A stretch of 39,623 bases of DNA from an uncultured Actinomycetes bacterium (GTDB lineage Bacteria; Actinomycetota; Actinomycetes; Nanopelagicales; Nanopelagicaceae), in the NCBI GenBank assembly GCA_903897475.1, contig CAIUBS010000091.1:1-39623 (forward strand), in the 5' to 3' direction. The translations under genes and the position numbers were made by a program. Positions 8,418-17,629 of the stretch are shown here, one piece after another. The notes under the pieces were generated by a model that ran no database searches, was not told the origin of the DNA, and saw only the letters and a program-made list of their open reading frames with translations. Numbering within the stretch: the first letter of the stretch is position 1; the number at the start of each line of letters is the position of its first letter.

Positions 8418-9911
8418 ATGAATCCTAAAACCTTTGATTTATATCCAAAACTTACAAATCTAAAAGAAGATGAATTAGATTTCTCACTTTTTAGCGCAGT
8501 AGCAATACCTGTTTTAGCTGCAGATGAACTGCGAGTAGTTGAAACAAAGTTTATAAAATCTTTAACTGAATTTAGTGAAATTGATTTAAATTCTGAAATT
8601 AAGAAATGGCCAGATTTTGCAGCTAAAGCTGGTGAAATCATTGAGATTGCCTTAAGTAAGGATAATTTAACAAGAATTTATTTGGTTGGGGTAGGTAGTC
8701 AGAGTTCGGATGATATTAAAAAAGCCTCAGCAACTTTAGGTAGAAAACTTAAAAATTCTAATGCAGTTTTAGTATCTGAATTGACCTCAGATAGTAATCT
8801 TGTAGTAATTAGTGCCACCGCTTTACTACTTTCAAATTATCAATATTCACTTAAAACTGATCAAAAAGCTAAAAAGCCAACCTTCTACGTATTAGGAAAT
8901 TTCTCAGAACAAGTTGAAAAAGCAGATATATTGGCAACTGCAGTTTGGCAGGCGCGAGATTTAATACACACACCATCGAATTTTAAAAATCCACAATGGT
9001 TGGCCAAAAAAGCTGAAAACTTAGTTTCTTCAGCAAAAAACTCAAGTCTTTCGATATCAGTAAAAACTGGTAAGGCAATAAAAGAGTTTGGAGGTTTAAA
9101 TGCTGTTGGAAATTCATCTCCAGATCCAGGACCAAGATTTATTGAGATTTCCTACGCTCCAAAAGGTTCAAATAGTTGGCCACATGTAGTTTTAGTGGGT
9201 AAAGGAATTACTTTTGATACTGGCGGAGTTTCCCTTAAACGCCCATATGAAAGTATGGTTGGGATGAAAAGCGATATGGCAGGTGCAGCAACTGCACTAG
9301 CAGCAACTATTGCAATGGCTCGCGTTAAACCCAAGGTAAAAGTTACGACTTTATTAATGGCAGCTGAAAATTCATTATCTGCAACTGCACAACGTCCTTC
9401 AGATGTAATTCAACACTTTGGTGGCACCACCGTTGAAGTATTGAATACAGATGCCGAAGGCAGGTTAGTTTTGGCAGATGGTCTAGCCTATGCAGACTTA
9501 AAATTAGATCCAGATTACTTAGTAGATATTGCAACATTAACTGGATCTGCAACCTTAGGCTTAGGCCGACAGTATGCTGCTATGTATACCAGGAACAAAT
9601 TGTTGGCTAAAAAGCTAGCAGAGGCAGGTGAAAAAATTGGAGAAAGAGTTTGGCATATGCCACTTGTAGATGATTACTCAATAGCGTTAGACAGTGATGT
9701 GGCAGACTTAAATCACCTAGCCGATAAGTTTGATTTTTCTGCAGGTTCGATCACTGCAGCGCTATTTTTAGAGAAGTTCGCTGGAAATCGAAATTGGGTA
9801 CATCTAGATATCGCTGGTACGGCTAGATCTGAGGTAGATGCTGGTGAGAATATAAAAGGTGGAACAGGATTTGGCGCTCGCTTATTAGTTGAATGGTTAG
9901 GTTCATTTTGA
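8418..9911 (+). CDS. pepA: Leucyl aminopeptidase (M17)
   Basis: LVGKGITFDTGG, MKSDMAG, NTDAEGRLVLAD, DIATLTG, HLDIAG. Confidence 0.94.
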   Translation: MNPKTFDLYPKLTNLKEDELDFSLFSAVAIPVLAADELRVVETKFIKSLTEFSEIDLNSEIKKWPDFAAKAGEIIEIALSKDNLTRIYLVGVGSQSSDDIKKASATLGRKLKNSNAVLVSELTSDSNLVVISATALLLSNYQYSLKTDQKAKKPTFYVLGNFSEQVEKADILATAVWQARDLIHTPSNFKNPQWLAKKAENLVSSAKNSSLSISVKTGKAIKEFGGLNAVGNSSPDPGPRFIEISYAPKGSNSWPHVVLVGKGITFDTGGVSLKRPYESMVGMKSDMAGAATALAATIAMARVKPKVKVTTLLMAAENSLSATAQRPSDVIQHFGGTTVEVLNTDAEGRLVLADGLAYADLKLDPDYLVDIATLTGSATLGLGRQYAAMYTRNKLLAKKLAEAGEKIGERVWHMPLVDDYSIALDSDVADLNHLADKFDFSAGSITAALFLEKFAGNRNWVHLDIAGTARSEVDAGENIKGGTGFGARLLVEWLGSF

Positions 9912-10549
9912 ATCAGGTAAATTCATCAAGAGGTGATATGCATTCATACTCTGAATCTTTTGCTCATGAAGATTATTTTATGCAGATGGCTAGGCGAAAC
10001 GGTGAAGAGATTGGAACTATTGACCCATCACCTGCTGTTGGAAACTATATAAAATTTCTTACGAAACTTTTAAAATCAAAATCAGTTGTAGAAATTGGAA
10101 CTGGGTCTGGTGTTGGTGGGTTATGGATTTTTCAAGGAATTAGCAATGATGGAGTATTAACAACAATCGATTCTGAACGAGAACATTCACGAATTGCTCG
10201 CACTATATTTGAAGAAGCAGATATTCCTTCTACAAGGTATCGAATCATCACTGGAAAACTAATTGAAGTAATTGGAAAGCTTGCAGACAATTCCTACGAA
10301 GTCGTAATTATCAGACCTGCATTGGATTTATTTGAAATGGTTCAGGAATCTTATAGATTACTTAAAACCGGAGGAGTGTTAGTAATTGACCATGTTCTAA
10401 GTAATGGAAAGGTAGCAGACCCCTCTCAGCGCGATCCTGAGAGCATTGCTCGAAGAGATGCAATTAAAGTCATAAAAGAGGATGAGAGATGGTCTGCAAC
10501 CGTAGTTCCAGTTGGCGCAGGAGTATTGGTAGCCAATAAACTTACGTAG
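9908..10549 (+). CDS. SAM-dependent O-methyltransferase (Rv1220c/YrrM-like)
   Basis: VVEIGTGSGVGG motif I, LTTIDSE, LLKTGGVL, VADPSQRD; TTG 9908 overlaps the pepA stop (ATG 9938 is an alternative start). Confidence 0.88.
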   Translation: MNQVNSSRGDMHSYSESFAHEDYFMQMARRNGEEIGTIDPSPAVGNYIKFLTKLLKSKSVVEIGTGSGVGGLWIFQGISNDGVLTTIDSEREHSRIARTIFEEADIPSTRYRIITGKLIEVIGKLADNSYEVVIIRPALDLFEMVQESYRLLKTGGVLVIDHVLSNGKVADPSQRDPESIARRDAIKVIKEDERWSATVVPVGAGVLVANKLT

Positions 10550-11674
10550 ATGAAGCGACCATTAAATACACCTTGGTGGCAGCCTGCAGTAGAAAACAAG
10601 TCAAGAATTTATATTCAAAAGCGAAATAATTCCTCACTTTTAGTTTTAGTTGTTGTAGTCGCACTAATTGCTGGAGCAATAGGTGCAACTATTGGTAGAA
10701 CTACAACACAAAATATTGGTGCAAATTTGGTTCAAACAGAGAATGTTGTAGAGCGGGCTCCAGGCTCTATCGCAGCACTTGCTGCACGATTAATCCCAGC
10801 AGTTGTTTCCATAGCTGTCAGTGGTACCGGAAGCTCTGGGACTGGTTCAGGATTCTTTTTGGATAGTGATGGTTTTATTTTAACAAATAACCACGTTGTT
10901 GAGTCTGCTGCCAATCGAGGAAGGATTACAGTTGAAACCTCTGACGGCAAAAAATATCCAGCAAGATTAGTTGGTCGTGATAGTTCTTATGACCTTGCAG
11001 TACTAAAGATTAATGTTCAAGGAGCACCTACCTTACAATTAGGAAATAGTGAACAAGTATTAGTTGGTGACTCAGTAATTGCCATTGGATCTCCACTTGG
11101 ATTATCTGGAACGGTAACTGCAGGGATTATTAGCTCAAAGAATCGCGCAGTTACTACTGGAAATGGGTTTGGTGAGTCATCCTTTATAAATGCATTACAA
11201 ACAGATGCGGCCATTAATCCTGGAAATTCTGGTGGCCCACTAGTAAATTCAACGGGTGCGGTAATTGGAGTTAATTCTGCAATTGCAACACTAGGGGTAA
11301 GTTCCCAAGCGGGTTCGATTGGGTTAGGTTTTGCTATTCCAATAAACCAAGCAAAAAAAACTGCTGAGCAACTAATTAGCACAGGTTCTGCTACATATCC
11401 GATTATGGGAATATCGGTTGACACTCAATTTACTGGAGTAGGTGCGTTAATTTCCAATGAATCAACTGGAATTACACCGGGCGGTCCAGCTGATAAAGCT
11501 GGATTGCGTAAAGGCGATTTGATTATTGCTCTAGATGGTGCAAGTGTTGATAATTCAGATGAGTTAATAGTTGCTATTAGAAGCAAAAATATTGGAGATA
11601 AGGTAAAAGTTAAGTTTAAGCGAAATAATATTACAAGAGAGGTAGATGTAGTTCTAGCTGCATCCAAGAAATAA
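10550..11674 (+). CDS. htrA: HtrA/DegP-family membrane-anchored serine protease with PDZ domain
   Basis: TM segment, TNNHV, DLAVLK, QTDAAINPGNSGGPL catalytic triad motifs, C-terminal PDZ (GGPADKAGL). Confidence 0.95.
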   Translation: MKRPLNTPWWQPAVENKSRIYIQKRNNSSLLVLVVVVALIAGAIGATIGRTTTQNIGANLVQTENVVERAPGSIAALAARLIPAVVSIAVSGTGSSGTGSGFFLDSDGFILTNNHVVESAANRGRITVETSDGKKYPARLVGRDSSYDLAVLKINVQGAPTLQLGNSEQVLVGDSVIAIGSPLGLSGTVTAGIISSKNRAVTTGNGFGESSFINALQTDAAINPGNSGGPLVNSTGAVIGVNSAIATLGVSSQAGSIGLGFAIPINQAKKTAEQLISTGSATYPIMGISVDTQFTGVGALISNESTGITPGGPADKAGLRKGDLIIALDGASVDNSDELIVAIRSKNIGDKVKVKFKRNNITREVDVVLAASKK

Positions 11675-11675
11675 T

Positions 11676-11972
11676 ATGTTTAACTTGGGTGCCGGAGAAG
11701 TTTTAGGACTTTTCGTAATTGGAGTAATTCTGATTGGGCCTGAGCGCATGCCAAATATTGCAGCAGATGTGGCAAGGTTTTTGATTAAGGCTAAAAACAT
11801 GGCACAAAATGCGACAAATGAGTTGAAGGAAAACTTGGGACCTGGATATGAGGATCTACAAGTTAAGGATTTGCATCCTAAAACATTTATTAAAAAACAC
11901 ATCGGTGATGTAATTGATAAAAGTGATTTTGAGATCAAGCCAAAACCAAAGATTGATCCAGATCTATTATGA
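11676..11972 (+). CDS. tatB: Twin-arginine translocase subunit TatB
   Basis: F.LG..E.L.L......IGPERMP, DLHPKTFI; position after htrA. Confidence 0.88.
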   Translation: MFNLGAGEVLGLFVIGVILIGPERMPNIAADVARFLIKAKNMAQNATNELKENLGPGYEDLQVKDLHPKTFIKKHIGDVIDKSDFEIKPKPKIDPDLL

Positions 11973-13084
11973 CCACAATTGAGGCAATAAATTCAGCTCT
12001 ATCTAATGTGATTGACCCCGAGCTTCATAAGCCTCTGCCTGAATTAGGAATGGTCGAGTCAGTAGAATTTGAATCTGGGCTAGCAACTTTAAAAATTTTA
12101 CTAACTATCTCAGGCTGCCCAATGAAAGATAAATTAAAATCAGATATTACTAATTCATTGATAGGCATAAAAGAAATTAAGAATTTGGAAATTATTTTTG
12201 GAGTTATGAATGAAGAACAAAGAAATAATGTAAAAAAATTAATTCGAGGTGGCCGAGAAAAGTTCATTCCATTTGCTCAACCAGACTCTCTAACAAGAGT
12301 ATTAGGCATAGCTTCTGGTAAAGGTGGAGTTGGCAAGTCGTCAGTAACAGTTAATTTAGCGGTTGCCGCGGCAGCAAAAGGTTTAAAAGTAGGAATTTTA
12401 GATGCTGATGTTTATGGACATTCCATCCCAAGATTAATGGGAATTTTAGATAAGCGGCCAACTGCAATTGATCAAACCTTCATTCCAGTTGAAAATTATG
12501 GAGTTAAAGTGGTTTCGATGGAGATGTTTAAGCCAGAAAGATCTGATCCAGTTGCTTATCGTGGGCCTCTACTACATAGAGTTTTAGAGCAATTGTTAAG
12601 TGATGCCTATTGGGGAGATCTGGATCTATTGCTTCTAGATTTACCGCCGGGAACAGGTGATATTTCAATATCACTGGGTCAGCTCATCCCAACCTCAGAA
12701 TTAATTGTTGTTACAACTCCACAAATTGCTGCGGCTGAGGTTGCAGAACGTGCTGGTCGTATTGCTCATCAAATTAAACAGCCAGTTATTGGTGTAATCG
12801 AAAATATGTCCGACACCGAATGCGTTAAGTGTGGAGAGAAATTGTCAGTTTTTGGTAGTGGTGGTGGTGAAGAAACCTCTCGACGCCTTAGTCAATTAGT
12901 TGGAGCTGAAGTTCCATTGCTTGCAAAAATTCCATTCAATTCTCAATTACGAGAAGGTGGGGATGAAGGAAATCCAATAGTTTTATCAGATAAAAACTAT
13001 AAAAAGGTATTTGATGAGATTTTAGATAAGATAATCATAAGACCTAAATCATTAGTTGGAGTAAGGTTAAATATAAATACTTAA
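11969..13084 (+). CDS. mrp: Mrp/ApbC/NBP35 Fe-S cluster carrier ATPase with N-terminal DUF59 domain
   Basis: VIDPEL, GCP, SGKGGVGKS, DADVYG, DLPPGTGD, VTTPQ, ENMS..CxxC. Confidence 0.95.
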   Translation: MTTIEAINSALSNVIDPELHKPLPELGMVESVEFESGLATLKILLTISGCPMKDKLKSDITNSLIGIKEIKNLEIIFGVMNEEQRNNVKKLIRGGREKFIPFAQPDSLTRVLGIASGKGGVGKSSVTVNLAVAAAAKGLKVGILDADVYGHSIPRLMGILDKRPTAIDQTFIPVENYGVKVVSMEMFKPERSDPVAYRGPLLHRVLEQLLSDAYWGDLDLLLLDLPPGTGDISISLGQLIPTSELIVVTTPQIAAAEVAERAGRIAHQIKQPVIGVIENMSDTECVKCGEKLSVFGSGGGEETSRRLSQLVGAEVPLLAKIPFNSQLREGGDEGNPIVLSDKNYKKVFDEILDKIIIRPKSLVGVRLNINT

Positions 13085-13575
13085 CTCTTTTTGTTTAACT
13101 TTTTTACTATTTCTTCAATTGCATCGGCAAGCTCGCTTTTGAGATTATCCCTGGTTGTGACCTCACTTATTGCAGTCCTTAAACTTGCTAGCTCTCTAGC
13201 TAAATACTCTGTATCAGCAATGTTTCTTTCATCTCTTTCTCGATCTTCATTACCCTGAATTCGATCTCTATCTGCTTGACGGTTTTGTGCTAGCAAAATA
13301 AGTGGCGCTGCATATGATGCTTGCAATGAAAGTAAAAGTGTAAGAAAAATGAATGGATAATGGTCAAATTTTAAATTATCTGGAGCTAAAAAATTCCAAG
13401 TAATCCAAAAGATCACAAATGCAGTCATAAATACTAAAAATCTGGCAGTTCCCAAAAACCTAGCAAACTTTTCAGACCAACGACCAAAAGCTTCAGGATC
13501 GTAAGATGGTTTTAAGCTTCTACGAGCCTCGCGTGGAAACTCAAGTGAATTTTTATTTGGTTTCGCTTTTCCCAT
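13081..13575 (-). CDS. DUF1003 membrane protein
   Basis: FDHYPFIFLTLLLSLQASYAAPLILLAQNRQ signature. Confidence 0.92.
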   Translation of the reverse strand: MGKAKPNKNSLEFPREARRSLKPSYDPEAFGRWSEKFARFLGTARFLVFMTAFVIFWITWNFLAPDNLKFDHYPFIFLTLLLSLQASYAAPLILLAQNRQADRDRIQGNEDRERDERNIADTEYLARELASLRTAISEVTTRDNLKSELADAIEEIVKKLNKKS

Positions 13576-13577
13576 GA

Positions 13578-14852
13578 TTATCTAGCCTCACTTTCTTGCT
13601 TTAAAGATTCATCATTTCGCCAATTTTCAGGTAATAAATGGTCTAACACGTCATCTACGGTAACAACTCCCAGTAGACGATCATTTGAATCAACAATAGG
13701 AACAGAAAGTAGGTTATAACTTGCTAAATAAAGTGATACCTCATTTAAGTTCGCTTCTGTAGAAAGTGGCACAATATCTGTATCCAAAATTCCACCTAAA
13801 AGTGTTGCTGGCGGCTCTCTTAATAATCTTTGGATGTGAACCACTCCCATATAGCGACCAGTTGGTGTTTCAATTGGTTGGCGGCAAACAAAAACTTGAG
13901 AGGCAAGCCCTGCTGAAATCTCAGAGGCCCTAACTTTTGCAAGCGCTTCAGCAACAGTTGAGTCTGCAGTTAGAACTATTGGCTCTGTTGTCATCATTCC
14001 ACCAGCAGAATAATCCTCATAGTGCATAAGTCTTTGAACATCTTCTGCATCCTCTGGCTCCATCAAAGCTAACAATGCCTGTGCCCGCTCTTGCCCAACT
14101 TCGCGCAGTAAGTCTGCGGCATCATCAGGATCCATTTCCTCTAAAACATCTGCAGCGCGTTCACCTTCTAATTCAGCCAGTAATTCAACTCGAGAAGCCT
14201 CATCCATCTCTTCAAGAACATCAGCCAATCTTTCATCGTCTAGCGCTCTTGCTACTTCAACTCTTCGCTTAATATTTAAATCATGTAAAACAGATGCCAA
14301 ATCTGCAGCTCTTAAGTTTGCAAGAGTTCCAAGCAAGTTTGCTACTCCATGGTTACTTTCGCTAACTGTAAAGCCGGTTATTTCAGACCACTCAACAGTG
14401 ATCGAGTTACCGCGTTTGCGCAGTCCAGTGCCACGCTTCATCACATGAACTCTTTCAATAAACCAATCTCCGGCTTTAGATAATTCCATTGCAACATCTT
14501 CAACCATTACTTTTTCGTTAGTTTCAACTAATGTCACAGATCGATCTAATAATTCTGATAGAACTGTAATTTCATTAGTTCTTGGCTCGAATCTACGCAT
14601 ATTAAGTAAACCAGTAATAATTACATGCCCATTATTAATAGATGTAACTCGTGTAATTGGAACAAAAATTCTTTTGCGCGGCGGAACTTCAACTATAAAT
14701 CCTAAAATTCTTGGAGGTTGATTGTTGGAACGCAATGTTGCGACTGCATCCCTAACTTTTCCAACCTGGTCACCATTTGGATCAAATACTCCAGTGCCGG
14801 CTAATCTTGCTAGGAATACACGCTTTAGATTAGAACCCTTAGATGTATTCAT
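13578..14852 (-). CDS. MgtE intracellular-domain/CBS protein with N-terminal PRC-barrel (no MgtE membrane domain)
   Basis: VFDPNGDQVGKVRD, repeated ADVLEEM/DDAADLL helices, AGGMMT, CBS pair, GVVTVDDV. Confidence 0.88.
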   Translation of the reverse strand: MNTSKGSNLKRVFLARLAGTGVFDPNGDQVGKVRDAVATLRSNNQPPRILGFIVEVPPRKRIFVPITRVTSINNGHVIITGLLNMRRFEPRTNEITVLSELLDRSVTLVETNEKVMVEDVAMELSKAGDWFIERVHVMKRGTGLRKRGNSITVEWSEITGFTVSESNHGVANLLGTLANLRAADLASVLHDLNIKRRVEVARALDDERLADVLEEMDEASRVELLAELEGERAADVLEEMDPDDAADLLREVGQERAQALLALMEPEDAEDVQRLMHYEDYSAGGMMTTEPIVLTADSTVAEALAKVRASEISAGLASQVFVCRQPIETPTGRYMGVVHIQRLLREPPATLLGGILDTDIVPLSTEANLNEVSLYLASYNLLSVPIVDSNDRLLGVVTVDDVLDHLLPENWRNDESLKQESEAR

Positions 14853-14858
14853 GGGATA

Positions 14859-14909
14859 AGGGTATCGCTTGGATACCGATTAATAATAATAATTTATTTC
14901 GTATAGGTT
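14859..14909. promoter_or_regulatory. Divergent leaderless -10 elements for the MgtE-like and EamA genes
   Basis: Minus TACCCT (14859-14864) and plus TAGGTT (14904-14909), each 6 nt from its ATG. Confidence 0.6.
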
Positions 14910-14915
14910 CTACCT

Positions 14916-15818
14916 ATGAAAGATCGCTACCACACCAAACTTCCAACGGGAAGAGATATCCCTCTACTAACCATTGGAATCATTGGAATTGGAACTTCTG
15001 GACCGATTATCGCTAAAAGTTTGATCCCAGTTCCCTCATTGATTTTTTTACGGAATTTAATTGGTGGATTAGTGACTCTACCTTTTGCTCTAGCAAGAGG
15101 AGAGTGGAAATCTAGAGAGCAAATAAAGGCAATTTATTGGTCAGCACTTGCTGGTGCATTACTTGCTGCTCATTTTTTATGCTTCTTTTGGGCAATGAGG
15201 TTAACAAGCGTTGCAACTGGTACTGCACTAGCTGCAACTCAGCCAATATTTGCAGCCTTATTTGTCAAGTTCAAAGGCGGTCACATTCCTAAAAGATCTA
15301 TAGGTGGCATGTTAATTGCATTTCTCTCTGTGATTGTAATAACTGGAGTCGATTTAAATTTATCTATACGATCTTTTCAAGGTGATGTCCTAGCAATTAT
15401 TGGCGGAGCGTTAGGCGCAAGCTACATGCTAATCAGTTCTAAAGTACAAAAAAATATTTCAACTTCAACTTTTACATCGATTTGTTATTTGTCTTGCTCA
15501 ATAGCAGTTTTACCTGTGGTAATTTTTACAAGCTCACCTTTAACTGGGTTTACTTTAAATGAATGGATTTTGCTTGGAGCTTTAATAATTGGTGCACAAT
15601 TATTGGGTCATACTTTATTTAACTTATCTCTTAAGCGCGTCTCTCCAGTAGTTGTATCACTTATTGTATTTTTTGAAGTTCCTATTAGTGCTGTGATAGC
15701 ACTAATTTGGCTGGGGCAACAACCACCAGCTGGAACAATTCCTGGAATTATTGGCTTGATATTTGGTTGCACTTTATTTGTTTTAAGATCAAACCAAGAT
15801 GGTATGGTAAAGATATGA
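14916..15818 (+). CDS. DMT/EamA family transporter
   Basis: About 10 hydrophobic segments in two repeats; LAAHF..F...LTSVA, GDVLA, QLLGH..FN, EVP. Confidence 0.9.
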   Translation: MKDRYHTKLPTGRDIPLLTIGIIGIGTSGPIIAKSLIPVPSLIFLRNLIGGLVTLPFALARGEWKSREQIKAIYWSALAGALLAAHFLCFFWAMRLTSVATGTALAATQPIFAALFVKFKGGHIPKRSIGGMLIAFLSVIVITGVDLNLSIRSFQGDVLAIIGGALGASYMLISSKVQKNISTSTFTSICYLSCSIAVLPVVIFTSSPLTGFTLNEWILLGALIIGAQLLGHTLFNLSLKRVSPVVVSLIVFFEVPISAVIALIWLGQQPPAGTIPGIIGLIFGCTLFVLRSNQDGMVKI

Positions 15819-16660
15819 TTGATTTACACACTCATACAAATTTTAGTGATGGGACTGATACTCCAACTGAATTGGTAAATAAAGCTTTGGCAAGCGGAAT
15901 TACGACTCTGGCAATTACTGACCATGATTCAATTAGTGGTTGGGATGAAGCCATTTCTGCTTTACGCCCTGGACTATCACTTGTGCCGGGAGCGGAAATT
16001 TCTTGCCAGACTTCAGATGGAATAAGTGTGCATGTTCTAGGCCTGTTGTTTGATCCAGAACACTTTGAATTAATGAGTACTCTTGAGAAAACAAGAGACA
16101 ATAGGCACGGCCGGATGGAAAAGATAATTGCCCGAATTAATGAGGCCGGTATTGATATATCAATGGAAGATGTTTTAGAGCAACTTTCAGATGGGGCAAC
16201 ACTAGGTCGGCCACATTTAGCTGATGCCTTGGTTAAAAAAGGAGTAGTTACTAGTAGAGAAGAGGCATTCACAAAGATGCTTCACAATAATTCCAAGTAT
16301 TACGTTTCTCATTATTCACCTTCTCCAGAAGAGGCAATTAAATTAATTAAGGAAGCTGGTGGAGTTGCTGTTATAGCCCATCCCATGGCCTCACATAGAG
16401 GTCGAGTAATTTCATTTGAGACCTTTGGATCAATAATCAAAGCAGGCTTAGATGGAATTGAAGTTGATCATCGCGATCACTCTGCGGATGAAAAGAAAGA
16501 ACTTATTAATTTAGCTAATGAGTTTGATCTTGTAATGACCGGATCTAGTGATTACCATGGAAACGGAAAATTAAACAAGCTAGGTGAGTACACGACAAAT
16601 CCAGAACAATGGGAAAAATTAGAATCTATGGCAAGACAGCGAAGAGTCTTAACTGCTTAG
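15815..16660 (+). CDS. PHP domain phosphoesterase (TrpH/YciV-like)
   Basis: IDLHTHTNFSDG, AITDHD, GAEIS, HVLG, GRPH, AHP, TGSSDYHG; ATGA overlap gives start 15815. Confidence 0.92.
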   Translation: MIDLHTHTNFSDGTDTPTELVNKALASGITTLAITDHDSISGWDEAISALRPGLSLVPGAEISCQTSDGISVHVLGLLFDPEHFELMSTLEKTRDNRHGRMEKIIARINEAGIDISMEDVLEQLSDGATLGRPHLADALVKKGVVTSREEAFTKMLHNNSKYYVSHYSPSPEEAIKLIKEAGGVAVIAHPMASHRGRVISFETFGSIIKAGLDGIEVDHRDHSADEKKELINLANEFDLVMTGSSDYHGNGKLNKLGEYTTNPEQWEKLESMARQRRVLTA

Positions 16661-16917
16661 TTTGCAAAGCCAACTTTACGATCAGATGATTCGCCCACTT
16701 CGACAAAACTAATCTTATTTGAGGGCACAAGTAACTCTCTACCTTTTGTATCACTTAATGAAAGCACAGAAGAGGATTTAATTGCCTCATTCACTTTTGA
16801 TATAACTTCAGATTGAGTACTCGCACACTCAATATTTATCTCATGAGTTGAATCCGAAATACCTATTTTCACTTCTGTTCGCGCTGAACTTTTTGCTACT
16901 GGTTTTGTGGTTGCCAT
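16657..16917 (-). CDS. DUF3107 family protein
   Basis: EVKIGI....EI...LSLSDTKGR..LVP...ISFVEVG.....KVGF. Confidence 0.88.
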   Translation of the reverse strand: MATTKPVAKSSARTEVKIGISDSTHEINIECASTQSEVISKVNEAIKSSSVLSLSDTKGRELLVPSNKISFVEVGESSDRKVGFAN

Positions 16918-16954
16918 GCTGTAACTCTACCTTTTCAATTCAAAGTTTGCTAAT

Positions 16955-17563
16955 TCACGATTTTGATTTGGGAAATCCTGAAATTCCACGCCAAATTAGA
17001 TTCATTACTAACTCTGTGGCTCGCTGGCGATCAATTTTGCCATCGCGATCTAACCAATGCCTAGCGGTTGTTTGAACAGTTCCAATTATTCCAACTGCCA
17101 ACATCATCGATTCTTCTTTTCCTAATCCTGTATCAATTGAAATTACCGCACTAACTGCAGCTGCGCAGTCATAGGTCATTCGATTTAGTCGCTCTCTTAC
17201 CTGAGGTTCTAGATTCATATCACTTTCAAATAGTAAGCGAAACGCTTCACCTTCAGAATCAATAAACCCAAAGTACGCATCAACGGTTGCGGCAACTCTT
17301 GAAGAGTTTTCTCTATTGGAGGCAATGGCTTTTTGGATTGCAAACACTAATGAATCAATGTGTAAATCTAATACTGCTAGATATAGATCAAGTTTTGATG
17401 GAAAGTGTTGATATAAAACTGGTTTACTTACATTTGCTCTATCTGCAATTTCATCCATTGCAGCAGAGTGGTACCCAGCTGCCGTAAAAACTTCTAGGGC
17501 TGCAACAAGTAACTGGGCTCGGCGTTCATCGCGGGGCAGCCGACTAGATTTATCATCAACCAT
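16955..17563 (-). CDS. TetR/AcrR family regulator (Rv3208-like)
   Basis: RLPRDERRAQLL, GYHSAAMDEIADRANVSKPVLYQHFPSKLDLY HTH, WRGISGFP. Confidence 0.93.
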   Translation of the reverse strand: MVDDKSSRLPRDERRAQLLVAALEVFTAAGYHSAAMDEIADRANVSKPVLYQHFPSKLDLYLAVLDLHIDSLVFAIQKAIASNRENSSRVAATVDAYFGFIDSEGEAFRLLFESDMNLEPQVRERLNRMTYDCAAAVSAVISIDTGLGKEESMMLAVGIIGTVQTTARHWLDRDGKIDRQRATELVMNLIWRGISGFPKSKS

Positions 17564-17569
17564 TGAACA

Positions 17570-17623
17570 ATTCTAATCACTACTCATAGATATTGTCAGA
17601 TTTGTTTAAATTCAAGTTATATT
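17570..17623. promoter_or_regulatory. Divergent leaderless -10 elements for TetR and mshB
   Basis: Minus TAGAAT (17570-17575) 6 nt before the TetR ATG; plus TATATT (17618-17623) 6 nt before GTG 17630. Confidence 0.58.
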
Positions 17624-17629
17624 GTGGGA

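Noticed and set aside
10732-11938. Chain of minus-strand ORFs opposite htrA/tatB
   Set aside because: Shadow ORFs from sense-strand codon bias; same judgement for those opposite ugd, LCP, PHP, DUF5719, pmm, ahcY and secA
14040-14260. Quasi-repeats in the MgtE-like gene
   Set aside because: Ordinary helical ADVLEEM protein repeats of the MgtE N-domain, not a DNA repeat array
15707-15814. N-terminal extension of the PHP ORF
   Set aside because: Lies within the EamA gene; ATGA coupling at 15815 and the IDLHTH motif mark the likely real start
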